64,000 nucleotides of DNA from Octopus vulgaris (GCA_951406725.2 OX597829.1:32984001-33048000); one strand, 5' to 3'. Positions 1 through 12,775 are shown, counted from the first letter of the stretch. Notes: a model not told the origin generated them from the sequence alone. Numbers and translations are program-made.

Positions 1-88
1 CTGCCTTTCCCATATCGGACTTGTCAGTCATGAGCGTACATGCACGCAACGTGGACTGCCTTCCTGATCTTTGTTCACGAAGCCGAGC
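1..88 (+). mobile_element. 3' end of a BovB-like RTE LINE (same family as 54.8-58.7 kb), lacking its (ATG)n tail
   Basis: ctgcctttcccatatcggacttgtcag...cttcctgatctttgttcacgaagccgag aligns to ~58634-58720. Confidence 0.85.
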
Positions 89-1248
89 CGAAAATTTAAC
101 CTTTTTAGGCTACTTTCAAGCCTTCACCATAACTTGATTTATCTTTCCTATCTCTCTCTCTACAAAATTTAACCGTAGGCTGCCTCAAGCCGTAATCCCA
201 TCTTTTCCCATCTTTCAGCCATTGGCGGTCTTCTTTTCCTCCTCTTCTTCTTCTTATGCTAAAACTTGAAAACCGCCATTACCATTACGATTCTGCAATT
301 TAAATTCCCAGTTCAACTTACTTTCTTCTTCAATTTCAACTCCCGCTCGATGACCGCAGCAAGTTCTTAAAAATTTATCTTACTATTTTTTTTATTCGTT
401 GTTACTACGTTTATTCATACACTGTTACGAAAATTTAACCTTTTTAGGCTACTTTCAAGCCTTCGCCATAACTTGATTTATCTTTCCTATCTCTCTCTCT
501 ACAAAATTTAACCGTAGGCTGCCTCAAGCCGTAATCCCATCTTTTCCCATCTTTCAGCCATTGGCGGTCTTCTTTTTCCTCCTCTTCTTCTTCTTATGCT
601 AAAACTTGAAAACCGCCATTACCATTACGATTCTGCAATTTAAATTCCCAGTTCAACTTACTTTCTTCTTCAATTTCAACTCCCGCTCGATGACCGCAGC
701 AAGTTCTTAAAAATTTATCTTACTATTTTTTTTATTCGTTGTTACTACGTTTATTCATACACTGTTACGAAAATTTAACCTTTTTAGGCTACTTTCAAGC
801 CTTCGCCATAACTTGATTTATCTTTCCTATCTCTCTCTCTACAAAATTTAACCGTAGGCTGCCTCAAGCCGTAATCCCATCTTTTCCCATCTTTCAGCCA
901 TTGGCGGTCTTCTTTTTCCTCCTCTTCTTCTTCTTATGCTAAAACTTGAAAACCGCCATTACCATTACGATTCTGCAATTTAAATTCCCAGTTCAACTTA
1001 CTTTCTTCTTCAATTTCAACTCCCGCTCGATGACCGCAGCAAGTTCTTAAAAATTTATCTTACTATTTTTTTTATTCGTTGTTACTACGTTTATTCATAC
1101 ACTGTTACGAAAATTTAACCTTTTTAGGCTACTTTCAAGCCTTCGCCATAACTTGATTTATCTTTCCTATCTCTCTCTCTACAAAATTTAACCGTAGGCT
1201 GCCTCAAGCCGTAATCCCATCTTTTCCCATCTTTCAGCCATTGGCGGT
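89..1248 (+). repeat. Tandem array of 339-340 bp monomers (3 full + ~140 bp partial)
   Basis: Unit starts cgaaaatttaacctttttaggc at 89, 428, 768 and 1108. Copies are nearly identical (about 2 differences in unit 1). Confidence 0.95.
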
Positions 1249-1260
1249 GCGCCCGCCCCC

Positions 1261-1383
1261 CACCCCCACCACCAATACCGTTGAACACTGTTCTCACCCC
1301 CACCACCAATACCGTTGAACACTGTTCTCACCCCCACCACCAATACCGTTGAACACTGTTCTCACCCCCCCACCACCAATACC
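1261..1383 (+). repeat. 34-bp minisatellite x3.5
   Basis: cacccccaccaccaataccgttgaacactgttct at 1261, 1295 and 1329, plus a partial copy. Confidence 0.9.
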
Positions 1384-1944
1384 AGTATACCCCGTTCTCT
1401 CCATCTACACCGGATACGCCTTACTCCCTCCTCCTCCCCCCACTACCCCTTCTCCTCATATGCTTAAGACAAGCTGCTAGCGCCATAGCTCATCAACTGC
1501 CCACCGATCTTACGCTTCCTCCTGACACTGCCTCAATCCGACCATCCCCTTTTAGTACCCTCCCGCCTCGTAATATCCTACGTTTTTATTTCTTAGGAAC
1601 CTACACCAACCCTTCCTGCCATCGTTCCTCCTTACCCCAACCTTCCCCACTGGTTGCTCCCCTATATTACCCGCCTCAACTGGACCCCCCCTCCCCAACT
1701 CAACTCTAGAATATCTGTATTTCTTTCCTCTACCTAATTACGTTACTCAGTGACGATAACAAATGTCCACTGCTAACACCAGCTCCTGCCCACGGCGTGG
1801 TCAGGTTGGAAGAGAGATCAAAAGAAAAATACCACGAAAACTATCACCACCACTACAACCCTCCTCTTCTCAGGCGCCGAATCCCCCCTGTCCCCCCACA
1901 TCTCCTTCCCAGTTTTCAGAGTTGGCACTATCAATGTTGGTACA

Positions 1945-4900
1945 TTGACAGGCAAGTCTAGTGAGATTGTAGAGATGCTAGAGAGAAGACAGGTTGATGT
2001 ATGCTGCATACAAGAGGTAAGATGGAGAGATGCTTCGGCTAGGGTCCTCACGGGCAAGGCACTTAGATACAACCTCTACTGGCAAGGTAACGCGGAAGGT
2101 GTAGGGGGTGTAGGCATTCTCCTTGCGGAGGAATGGGTGGATAAGGTCATAGAGGTTGTCAGGGTTTGTGATAGAGTGCTTAAGCTCAGGTTGGTCCTAC
2201 AGAGTGGCACAGCTATGATTATCTCAGCCTATGCCCCACAAGCGGGACTACCAAATGATCAGAAGGACAACTTTTATGATACCCTTCTGCAGGCTACTTC
2301 AAAGACTAGTAACAAGGACCTCATCTTTGTAGGTGGAGATTTTAACGGGCATGTTGGGCGGGAATCGGGTATCTTCACTGGGGTACATGGTGGCTATGGT
2401 ATTGGCACCAGAAATGATGAGGGAACTAGACTACTGGAATTCTGTGATGCATGTAACCTTTCAATCTGCAACACTAACTTCAAGAAGCCAGTCTGCCACC
2501 TTATAACTTATCAGTCAGGAGACTCCGCTAGCCAAATAGACTTCATCCTCACCAGACAACGGGATGCAGGGTTGCTCTTGAATACAAAGACCCTCCCGGG
2601 TGAAGAATGTATCCCTCAGCATAGACTAATCATCAGTGACTTTAAGCTTGAGGCCAGAAGGACTCCAAGAAACAAACCAATCCAGAAAAGAAGGATTTGG
2701 AGGCTAAAGAACCCTTCGCATGGTCAGAAATTTAGGGACATACTCATCAAGAAATTTGATGAGAGGGAAGAGGAGCTTCAGACGTCAGACATAGAAGGTA
2801 GCTGGGAATTCCTACGGGACAGCTTGTTGAGTGCCACAGACCAAGTTTGTGGATGGTGCAAAGTCCCTTCCAGACCTAGAATTACGTGGTGGTGGAATAG
2901 TGCAGTAGATAAAGCCATCTGTGAAAAGAGACGGGCCTGGAAAGCCTGGAAGGATGGGGGCAGCAGGGAACTGTACCAGATAGCCAAAAGGGAGGCTGGG
3001 CGGCAGGTATACATTGCCAAAGATGTAGCAGAAAAGAAGAAGTTTGCCAATGTCCAGCGTCGCGAGGATCAAAGAGCTGAAGTATTTCGGATTGCCAGAC
3101 AGTGTGTCAGAGAAAATAGCGATGTTATAGGAGAGAAATGTGTCCGCATGGATGATGGGGCACTTGCTTTTACTACTAGTGAAAAGAAAGAGGCTTGGAG
3201 AAGCCATTATGAAAGACTGCTAAATGAGGAGAATGAATGGGAGGAGGAGAGCCTGCCAAATGTTGACCCAGTAGAGGGACCAGCTACCCGAATAGACAGC
3301 TCCCTTGTAGATAAGGCAATTAAGGATATGAAACCAGGCAAAGCCCCTGGCCTATCAGGAATCACTGCTGAGATGCTTAAAACAGCTGGCTATGTGGGCC
3401 ATGCCATAGTCACCCGCATTGTAAACCAGGTAGTTCACAATGGAGCCATACCCAATGACTGGTGCAGCAGTACCATAGTCAACTGCTACAAGGGTAAGGG
3501 TGATGCTCTAGATAGAAATAACTACAGAGGTATCAAACTGTTGGACCAGGTGATGAAGGTCTCAGAGAAGGTCATAACCAATCTCATTAGGGAGAGAATT
3601 TGTTTAGATGAAATGCAGTTCGGTTTTGTACAAGGTAGAAGCACCACTGATGCTATATTCCTGGTCCGACAACTGCAGGAGAAGTACCTAGCTAAAGATA
3701 AACCCCTCTACATAGCTTTTGTAGACTTGGAGAAAGCCTTTGACAGGGTTCCCCGTTCCCTTATCTGGTGGTCGATGCGGAAACTGGAGATTGAAGAATG
3801 GCTAATAAGGGCTGTACAGGCTCTATACAGAGAGGCTGTTAGCAAGGTTAGGATTGGCAACGAATATAGTGAAGAATTCCGAGTAGAAGTAGGTGTGCAC
3901 CAGGGCTCAGCCCTCAGTCCCCTTTTGTTCATCATAGTCCTTCAAGCAATAACAGAGGAATTCAAAACGGGATGCCCCTGGGAGCTCCTCTATGCCGATG
4001 ACCTAGCTCTCATAGCAGAATCACTACCGGAACTAGAAGAGAAATTTCGGGTATGGAAGCAAGGGTTGGAATCAAAGGGCCTTAGAATAAATGTAGCAAA
4101 GACCAAAGTATTAGTAAGCAGCAAGAGGTACTCAACACACATCCCCTCGGGTAGGTGGCCCTGCTCAACCTGTAGGAAAGGTACAGGTAGAAACTCCATA
4201 AGATGCACCCAATGTAAGTTATGGACACATAAGAGGTGCAGCAACATTAAAGGGAAATTAACAGATAAGATAGCTTTCATGTGCGGCAGATGCACAGGGA
4301 CAATAGACACAACAGACACTCAGAAAACAGATTCCATCACACTCCAGGGAGAGAAACTAGAAGTAGTTGATAGTTTCCGCTACCTGGGAGACCAAGTTAG
4401 TAGCGGAGGTGGATGCACAGAGAGTATCACCACTAGAATACGAATAGCCTGGGCAAAGTTCAGAAAGCTCCTACCCCTACTGGCAACAAAAGGCCTCTCC
4501 CTCAGAGCAAAAGGTAGATTGTATGATGCATGTGTACGAACTGCCATGCTTCACGGTAATGAAACATGGGCTGTGACTGCAGAAGACATGCGTAGACTGA
4601 AAGAAATGAAGCTAGCATGATCCGCTGGATGTGTAGTGTCAGTGTGCACGCAAAACAGAGTGTAAGTATCCTGAGAGAAATGCTGGATATAAGAAGCATC
4701 AGATGTGGTGTGCAAGAGCGACGCTTGCGATGGTATGGTCATGTGCTGCGGATGGATGAAGAGAGATGTGTGAAGAAGTGCCACTCCCAAACAGTTGAAG
4801 GTATCAGGGGGAGAGGTAGACCCAGGAAGACATGGGATGAGGTGGTCAAGCATGACCTCAGAGCATTGGGCCTCACTGAGGCAATGGCGAAGGACCGAGA

Positions 4901-5081
4901 TCTCTGGAGATATGCTGTGACTACAAAGACCCGGGCTGCTTTCTGCAGCAATTCCACATACCCCCTACCCATTCTAAGTACCCCGGATCCCCAAAGTACC
5001 CCGGATCCCCAAAGTACCCTGGATCCCCAAAATACCCCGATCCCCAAAGTACCCCGGACCTCGTTGCCCCCGTGCCGCTGA
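1945..5081 (+). CDS. RTE ORF: APE endonuclease + reverse transcriptase with PHD-type insert; one frameshift near 4598
   Basis: Motifs CIQEVRW, GDFNGHVG, QIDFIL, QFGF, FVDLEKAFD, GVHQGS, LYADD, FRYLG. The frame is open from 1777 (FRVGTINVGTL) with no in-frame ATG there. The C-terminus continues in 4617..5081 (RLRWYGHV, RGRGRPRKTW), and the 46.6 kb paralog shows the missing base. Confidence 0.9.
4976..5058 (+). repeat. 18-bp tandem repeat x4.5 at the RTE 3' end
   Basis: aagtaccccggatcccca repeated. Confidence 0.9.
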
Positions 5082-5650
5082 CACGTTAAAATGCTCGAAC
5101 CGATCGTGACGATGCCGGACCCTCCGGCCCCTGTGCAGGTGGCACGTAAAAAGCACCCAATCCACTCACGGAGTGGTTGGCGTTAGGAAGGGCATCCAGC
5201 CGTAGAAACTCTGCCAGATTCAGACTGGAGCCTGGAGCGGCCCCTGGCTTCCCAGACCCGGTCAAACCGTCCAACCCGTGCTAGCGCGGAAAGCGGACGT
5301 TAAACGATGATGATGATGATGATGATATATATATAAGAATTTCTAAACTCATAGTTATTTCGATTTTGAAAGGATGGACTTGGTGCAAACATAACTGTAT
5401 CTATTATTATTATTATTATTCCTTCCGACGCCGATGGACGTGTCTGAAAAGGCTCCGTGAATTTGGTACCAATTTCATTGGAAATCTACTGATAAGTTTT
5501 GATATTTTTTAATATTTTTGTAGCCAAACCGACCGGCTTCTTGCGGAGCTCGTCGGTTGGGCGAAATTTTGCCCCATTCGGGGTGAAATTACGTTTTGAA
5601 ACTTTGAACATTTGACATTTTAAACTTTTTGAATATTACAAAAAAAAAAC

Positions 5651-7460
5651 ATGGCTATGAAGCGAACAGTTGGCTGTTCCTTCCTTCAAGATACATTCCC
5701 TCCGCAAACACACACAACTCGTCCAAAACACCAACTTCACGCCTTAAAAGGCAACAAAGATCCTCCTTCCGAACCGGAGAGCACGCGCTCCGTTCAAAAG
5801 GAGAATGCAAGCCAGGACGTCGCGTTCGATGTAATTCTCGATTTTCCCCCTCTGCCTTCACCCAATGCTTTGGTACGGAAGGAGGAGGAAGAAAAAACAA
5901 TTACAAAAATCATTACAAACATTGACACGGAGAAAAAGAAAAAACTTCCAACAATTTTGCTTCTGCTGCAAAGCAAATTTCGGAGGAAGTTAAGATAACT
6001 CTAGAAGATGTGAAAAGAGCGAAGGAGTTGTTGAGGAAGGATGGCAATGGCATCTTCCTCAATACTCCACAAGAGGTGATTGAAAGCACCAACAAGAAAA
6101 CAATAATATACAAAGTTTTCGACAGAAAACTAAAAAGAATGACAAATGCCACACCCCAACAGTTGGAGATAGCTCTAAAGCCCATTTGGGCCCAAAAGAG
6201 CTACGTAACCAAGGGGAAGCGTTTTGGAACCGTGGAGGTTCGCTTCCCAACAGAGGAGCTTGCAAGGGCGAACGCCATTTCGCCCTTGCAAACTGAGAAT
6301 TTGTTACTAGTTCCGACCCACCTCGGGCGAAGAGTAACAAAAATAAAAATCGACCTCGCCCCCCTGAGCTAGATATGTCATGGCTGGTGGCAGCTGTCCT
6401 CTATGATATAGAGGACACTACCACCATTCTAGATGTCAGGAGAGTGAGGGCGAAAAACTGGTTGGGGATGGGAGTGCTGCTTCTTGCGCAAATTCAGCAA
6501 GAGAATATCAGTAAAGTCCCTGATTTCGTAAGTTTGCCGGACGGCACCAGGCTAAACGTTGCTGTGGAGGGGCGAAAGCCAAAATGTTTCCTCTGCAGCA
6601 GCGAAAGCCACTTAAAGAGGGACTGTCCCATTCACAAAAAGAGGATGGAGGCTTTCAGCAAGAGGCAGCAGCAACAACAACAACAACACAAGCAACAACA
6701 ACAACAGAAACATCAAAAACAGCAAGAAACACCAAAGGCTGCCACACCACCAACACCAACACCAGCACCAAGACGAACAACACCATCTCCAACAACAACA
6801 ACCACCAAACCAACACCGACACCAGTACCTCGAAGGTCGACAGCAGCAACATCAACAGCAACAGGAGCAGCGGCACCACCGATACCGGCGGAACCAAAAA
6901 CCTTTCGTCCTGCTACTGAAGCAGACCCCTCAACCATTCCTTTGCCAGATGAAGAGTCGGATTGTGCGAGCTCTGATTCCAACAAAGGAGAATGGAGTAT
7001 AGTGCCTCCAAAGAAGAAAAGGAGGAAGAAACAAAAAGATTTACAGGGGAAGCACGAACAAATAGTGCTTCCCAACATCAACAACAACAACAACACACAC
7101 TCACAACAACAAACAACAACAACAACACTTTCGACACCACTACTGCCACTGCCACACACACAAACACACACAGACACAATTACATCAATAAACACAAAGA
7201 ACCAAAAACTAGTGGAGTACTTAAAAGACAAAACTAGTACAAATATAACCGATTTCATCATACCAACACAAAACACACCACCAGCACACATTCTCACAAT
7301 AAAAATAAATGCAAAAACATATGATGAAATCAAACACATATTCCCTAACGATGTGGGATCGCTAGGGAAAAGTTTCTCGAAGAAACTTTATAAAAACATT
7401 GTGGAAGCACCCGTGCAAAAGCACAAGGGAGCCACCCCCACCACCAACAACAGTAAGTAG
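5651..7460 (+). pseudogene. Tx1 ORF1 (gag-like, CCHC knuckle), two frameshifts
   Basis: Pieces 5651-5998, 6010-6372 and 6375-7460; CFLCSSESHLKRDC knuckle; Q/T/P-rich linker; basic PPKKKRRKK patch. Confidence 0.8.
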
Positions 7461-7497
7461 AGCCTTTTTTCTCCTTTTTTTTCCCCTACTTTGAGAC

Positions 7498-10400
7498 ATG
7501 GCAAATCTTAGAATCGGTTGCTTGAATGTGAGAGGCCTCGGGTCACCTTGGAAACAGGGTCACCTGTTAAACGACCTGAGGTTTCATGATGTGGATGTAG
7601 CAGCCATCAGTGAAACCAGGCTCTCCGACCTGCAGGAACTCGCAGCCCTTTTCGGTGGATACGAGATATTTCTATCTCCGTGTCGGCCGGGAGCGGGCGG
7701 TGGTGGTACTGCGGTGTTGTTTCGGAAGGGCCTGGACCTGAAAATAAGGACAGTCTTCTTTGATCCGGAAGTTAAGTTGGTGGTCCTCGACGTCGACGGT
7801 AGTGACGGCGGTGCTTTCAGACTGCTGGCTGCCTACGCTCCGACAGGAGTAGGGCAGTCGGATTATTTCAAACGTCTGGAAGTTTTCCTGGGAACGTCAC
7901 GCACTCTAGTGCTAGTTGGGGATTGGAACGCTGTCTTAGACGAACGTTTCGATCGGGTGGGCAGGGGAGCGTCTGATAGGAGAGGGGCAGGGTGCAAGAG
8001 CCTCGCAAACCTACTCGGCCGCTTTCAGCTGTCCGACAGGTTTCGACTAGACAACCCGAATGTGCCAATGTGGACTTGGACAAACCGCATCGGGTCGTCT
8101 AGATCGTACTTAGATAGAGTGTTTTGTAGGCCAGCGGATAAGGACAGCGTAGGGTGTCCACAATTCCACCTAGTCGAATATACAGACCACAAATTAGTGA
8201 TCTGTACGGTCGACTTAGATAGGCTACATAGACAGGGACCCAACTACTGGAAGCTGAACGCGTCGTTAACGGCGTGCAAAGCTTACAGAGACCGGATTAG
8301 TTTACTAGTTAAGCGGGCGCTCACGGGGGCAATCATCAACAACAACTGGTGGTTTGCCCTCAAGAGAGCAATTAGAGTAGAGTCGATTAGGTATAGTAAG
8401 ACTCTAGCTATTGAACGTAGGAAGAGAGAGCAGGATTTAGTTAAGAAACTAGACGAGGCGCTTGACACTGGCATCGCGACCGACGTGTTGGCGGCAAGGT
8501 TGGCCCTCGACCAACACTTCGACGCCAAACACGAAGGCTGCGTTGTCAGAGCTAAGGCACGTTCGCTAAGCGGGGAGGGGACTAGAGCCGCTCGATGGGC
8601 CCGCGTGGTGGAGGCAAAGCGAGGCAACAGAGCAACCATTCGGTCTTTGGTGGACCAGAACGGGCGCGAGGTTACCGAACCGAAGCAGATGTGTACGGTG
8701 CTTCAGCGGCACTTTGCTCAACTGTTTGGGATGAGCGGTGGAACGGACACCAACGGTACAGACTTCGGTGTGTACCTGGACGGCCTACCGCAACTCTCGG
8801 ACAGCGAGGCAGAGTGCTGCGAAGGACCGATATCTGCCTGGGAAGTACAGGAAGCGATGAAGAGTTGCACGAGAGGTAGATCGCCGGGTTTGGATGGTCT
8901 GCCATACGAGCTTTACTTTTCAATGCCAGACTTGTTTGCGGACCTGTTGGCAAACGTCTACTGCAACTGGCAGCAAAACGGGAGAATTCCTGCTTTTGTC
9001 TGTCGAGGGGTGGTGGCTTTGCTAAAGAAGGACCCAAACAAGGGGGACGTTATAGGGAATTTCCGGCCCATCACTCTGCTCAATGCAGAGTTGAAGATTT
9101 TGGCCAAGGTGCTAGCCAAGAGATTGGCGCTTGTCGTGGACAAGCTGGTTGGCAAGACGCAGACATGCGCCGTGCCGACCAGGTCGATACACAACAACCT
9201 CCATCTCATGCGCTACATCATAGAGAGGGTGGGTAACGACACTGGCGCGGGTGGGGCTTTGATCAACTTGGATCAGAGTAAAGCCTTCGATAGGGTCGAC
9301 CATCGGTACCTGGCAGCTGTCCTCAGGGCAGCCGGCTTCGGTCCAGTCTTCCGCGGGTAGATCGCTGCTTTATACAGCAACATCTGCTCGGTGATACGGG
9401 TGAACGGTCACCTTTCGGAACCGTTCGACATCTCGCGTTCGGTCCGCCAAGGATGCCCTCTCTCCTCCCTCTTGTACATTTTGACTCTCGAGCCATTACT
9501 GCGCGAGTTGGAGGCTTTGAGGGGTATCCCGCGCGATCTAGGAGGAGGAAACAGCGTGTCTGCTTATGCCAACGACGTCACCGTGGTGGTGTCGAGCCAC
9601 AGGCACATTGGCGAAACGCTAAACCAGTACGAAGCGGTGACAGGGGCAAAGATTAACGCGGAAAAGTCTGTGGGCTTGCAACTGGGCACCTGGAGAGGCA
9701 AGCCCATGCCGTCCAACAGCGTCGTAGGGCGCTGGACAGACGGACCCGTTAAACTGCTCGGGGTCTGGTTCGGTCCGGACCTCCAGGTGGATAAGAACTG
9801 GGAAGAGGTGACGAGCAGGGTGGCACGTCTCACCCAGAAATGGGCCGAGAGGAAGCTGTCCCTCAAAGGTCGAGCGGAGGTGGCGAATGCGTACATCGCA
9901 TCCGTCATCTATTACCGCTTGACCGTCGTCCCTTGTCCCGACCGCTGGTTGGCCAAGCTGGTACGCCTGCTCTTCGACTTTTGTGGAAGGGTCAGGTGCC
10001 ACTGGTCAGGCGATCCATCTGCTGTCAACGACCGCTGAACGGAGGCCTTGGAATGCCGTGGTTGCTGTTGCGCAGACATGCGCTCAGGCTGCGGCATCTC
10101 AAGCGCTTCCTAGACGGTGAACAGGTGTGGTCGTCTTTTGTCAGACGCAATTGTCCGCAGCTCGTCTCTTTGACGGAGCTGCAGACCTGGATCAAACGTA
10201 GACCGAGAAAGGGCGCTTGGCACCTCGAGTGCTGTCAAGCTCTCTCCGCCCTCCGCCAGGCGGGCAATGCGATCAGTTACAGCTCCACTCTAGCGTTCTA
10301 TAGAGGGTTAGTGGAGGAAAAATGCGACGACGTTCTCGGGGAAACTCTAGGCGTTGAAGATGACGAACTGTGCGGTCTGTTCGGGAGGACTTTCGGGCCG

Positions 10401-10922
10401 GGGCCGATGGATAATTTCCAGAGGTCTCTCGCCTGGCAGTGCTACCGAGGGGCTCTGCCTGTTCGAGATAAACTCTACCGGCACGGAAGTGCCGTCAGCC
10501 GGGCCTGCCCGAGGTGTTGCCAGGACGACGAAACCGTCCTGCACGCACTCGTTCAGTGCCCGAGTATTGCTGAAATATGGGTTTATGTCGAACAGCTTCT
10601 GTCACGTGTAGGACGGATCCGACTATCGGCCGAATCCATAGTGAAGATTGCCCCTCCGACCTCCTTTGACAAGGAGGGCGAGGCCGTTTTCTTGTGCCTA
10701 GTGGCTGTGGCGAAAGAGGTCGTGTGGTGGACTCGTTTGAAAGGGCTAAAGACAGACACTTTCCTCTTTGGTCAAGGCCTCATCAACTTTTTCAAGTTTC
10801 ACTTGAAAAGGAAGATGAGGTTAGAGAGGAAAGTGCTGTCCGATAGCAAGTTTTATGAAAGGTGGGTGAATTGTGCGAGACTGGCCTGTATAAATGGACC
10901 AGTTCTCAGGTTTCGCCTGTGA
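7498..10922 (+). pseudogene. Tx1 ORF2: APE endonuclease + RT + C-terminal zinc finger
   Basis: LNVRGL, ISET, GDWN, SYLDRVF, TDH, SPGLDGL, FRPITLLN, DQSKAFDRV, RQGCPLS, YAND (degenerate YADD), CPRC-x8-H-x4-C. Stop at 9358 and frameshift near 9980. Confidence 0.9.
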
Positions 10923-11282
10923 TTTCAAAAAAAGGTAATGTAAAAGGAGAAAAAAAAGGGGACTCTCTACACCCCCTTTTTTTGACCAGGCTCCCGTTGG
11001 CTTTTGTAGGGTTTTTTATTATTTTTCATCTCCCTATGTGTTAGTTTTTTAAAACTATTAGCCAAATATGTATAATAACTGTGCTTATTAATATTAATAT
11101 ATACACTGATATATATTTTGTTTTATTTTGTTTTGTTTACCTTGCATTATTGTACCAATGAGTATTATATAAGTGTAGCATTATGAAGTATATGCATAAG
11201 TTTTTATATTTTACATTTTTATATTTTTATATTTATATGTATATGGAAAAATAATTTTTTTCACAATTATAACAAATTTAAT

Positions 11283-11392
11283 TCTCTGAAGAGGCCGTGG
11301 GGCATCCTTGTTAATGCCTCATTTATACCTGCCTTTATGGCTTATAGGTTAAATGAGGTATGACTGCCCTCGCTGCCGAAACAGCTGTCAGA
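11283..11392 (+). ncRNA. Type I hammerhead ribozyme (Penelope pLTR type) with long stem II
   Basis: tct-CTGAAGA-ggc...gcc-GAAA-CAGCTG-TC-aga. Stem II is extended by atgcctcattta/taaatgaggtat; stem III is palindromic. Confidence 0.8.
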
Positions 11393-11577
11393 TATGATTT
11401 AATTACATATTATATTTGAAATTTTATACTTATATCTCTTTGTCTATTTACATTTACTGTATATTTTGTATAATGCCTTTACTGATATGTAATGGTGTAA
11501 TAAAGTAATGTTTGGGTATCATCTGATAGTTGATGTTTTATTGATTTAAGTATGTTTCTCCATTTTCTAATTTTGTA

Positions 11578-11609
<32 letters not shown>

Positions 11610-11611
<2 letters not shown>

Positions 11612-11662
11612 GACGGGCTTCTTTCAGTTTCCGTCTACGAAATCCACTCACAAGGCTTTGGT
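11610..11662 (-). mobile_element. Fragment of tRNA-derived SINE (family of 53476)
   Basis: The reverse complement accaaagccttgtgagtggattt...aagaagcccgtca matches 53576-53619. Confidence 0.65.
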
Positions 11663-12775
11663 AGAAATATTTAATGTACAATTCTCTCTGTATATAAAAA
11701 AATATAATTGGAAACAGTATTTGGATGACTGCTTTATATTCTGGACCAAAAACCAAGAAGACTTAGGAATCTTTCACTCACTTTTAAATAAATTACATAC
11801 CTCAATAAAATTCATCATGGAACAACACACAAAGGAATTACCATTTTTAGACATACTTCTAATTAAAGCAAATAACACCATAAAAACAGATCTCATCTAC
11901 AAACCTACAGACTCACACCAAAATTTGAACTTTCATTCCTCCCATCCCTCGCATACCAAAAGATACATACCCTTTAATATGGCAAAACAAATCTGCACTA
12001 TAGTAATAGATGTAGAATTAAGGGATAAAAGATTACAGGAATTTTAAATATTTCTAAAAAAACAAAAATATCCCACTAGTTTAATTGACACAGCAACCAC
12101 CAAAGCAAAAAAAACATCCCAACTACAGACCTCAGAGGAAAACAAACATACAGAAATAAAAATGAACTCATAAACATTCCTTTTGTCATCACCCACAACC
12201 CAAGAAATCACAACATCATCAATACTGCAAAAAGATACCTCCCAATTCTTCAACAATCATCAAGGTTAAACAAATTAATAACAGATTCAAAATTAATTTA
12301 TAGCAGACATCAAGCACCCAACCTAAAAAAAGCTCTTAACCCAAGCAAGATTTACAGCTACAGAAACAACAAAGAAAATTCTCAAATGTGGTGACCCTCA
12401 CTGTGAAACATGCGATTACATTGAAGAAGGAGAACAAACTACTTTCAAAGACAACACCTTTAAAATAGATGGAAATATGAATTGCAAATCCAGGAACCTA
12501 ATCTACTGTGACATATGTCCCGAATAAAAAGAATACTACATCAGTGAAATGGGCATTACACTATATGAGAGAGTAAGGGTACATCAACAACAAATCCAAG
12601 ACCCTTCCGTTAGAAACACAACTTGCAGTAAACACTCCGAAAAATGTAGGAAAAAATTCAAAATATTCCCTTTCTTCAAACTATGGACAGAAAATTAACA
12701 TTTTTATAAGACCAAGGAAGAAAGCTTTATTCAAAAATATCAACCAAAACTGAGCAAAACATAATACCAACAAGT
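11663..12775 (+). pseudogene. Penelope-like element RT C-terminus + GIY-YIG endonuclease remnant
   Basis: WKQYLDDCFIFW, LPFLDI, YKPTDSH, HPSHTK; CxxxxCxxC linker; NLIYC...YYISE (degenerate GIY-YIG) near 12495-12555. Confidence 0.85.

Larger units (their letters stand above)
89..5326 (+). mobile_element. Near full-length RTE-clade LINE with tandem 5' monomers
   Basis: Single APE+RT ORF; 3' terminal block ggttggcgttaggaagggcatccagccgtagaaa...ggacgttaaac followed by a (GAT)7 tail. The 5' extent is inferred from the junction with the previous element. Confidence 0.85.
5420..11045 (+). mobile_element. Tx1/L1-clade LINE (ORF1+ORF2), disrupted
   Basis: 5' start ccttccgacgccgatggacgtg after (TAT)n; two-ORF layout. 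No poly-A tail is visible, so the 3' end is approximate. Confidence 0.85.

Noticed and set aside
89-1383. CRISPR-like array
   Set aside because: Units are head-to-tail with no unique spacers, no cas genes are present, and the context is eukaryotic.
6584-7339. Overlapping and antisense ORFs in the Tx1 ORF1 region
   Set aside because: Products of CAA/ACA low-complexity sequence.
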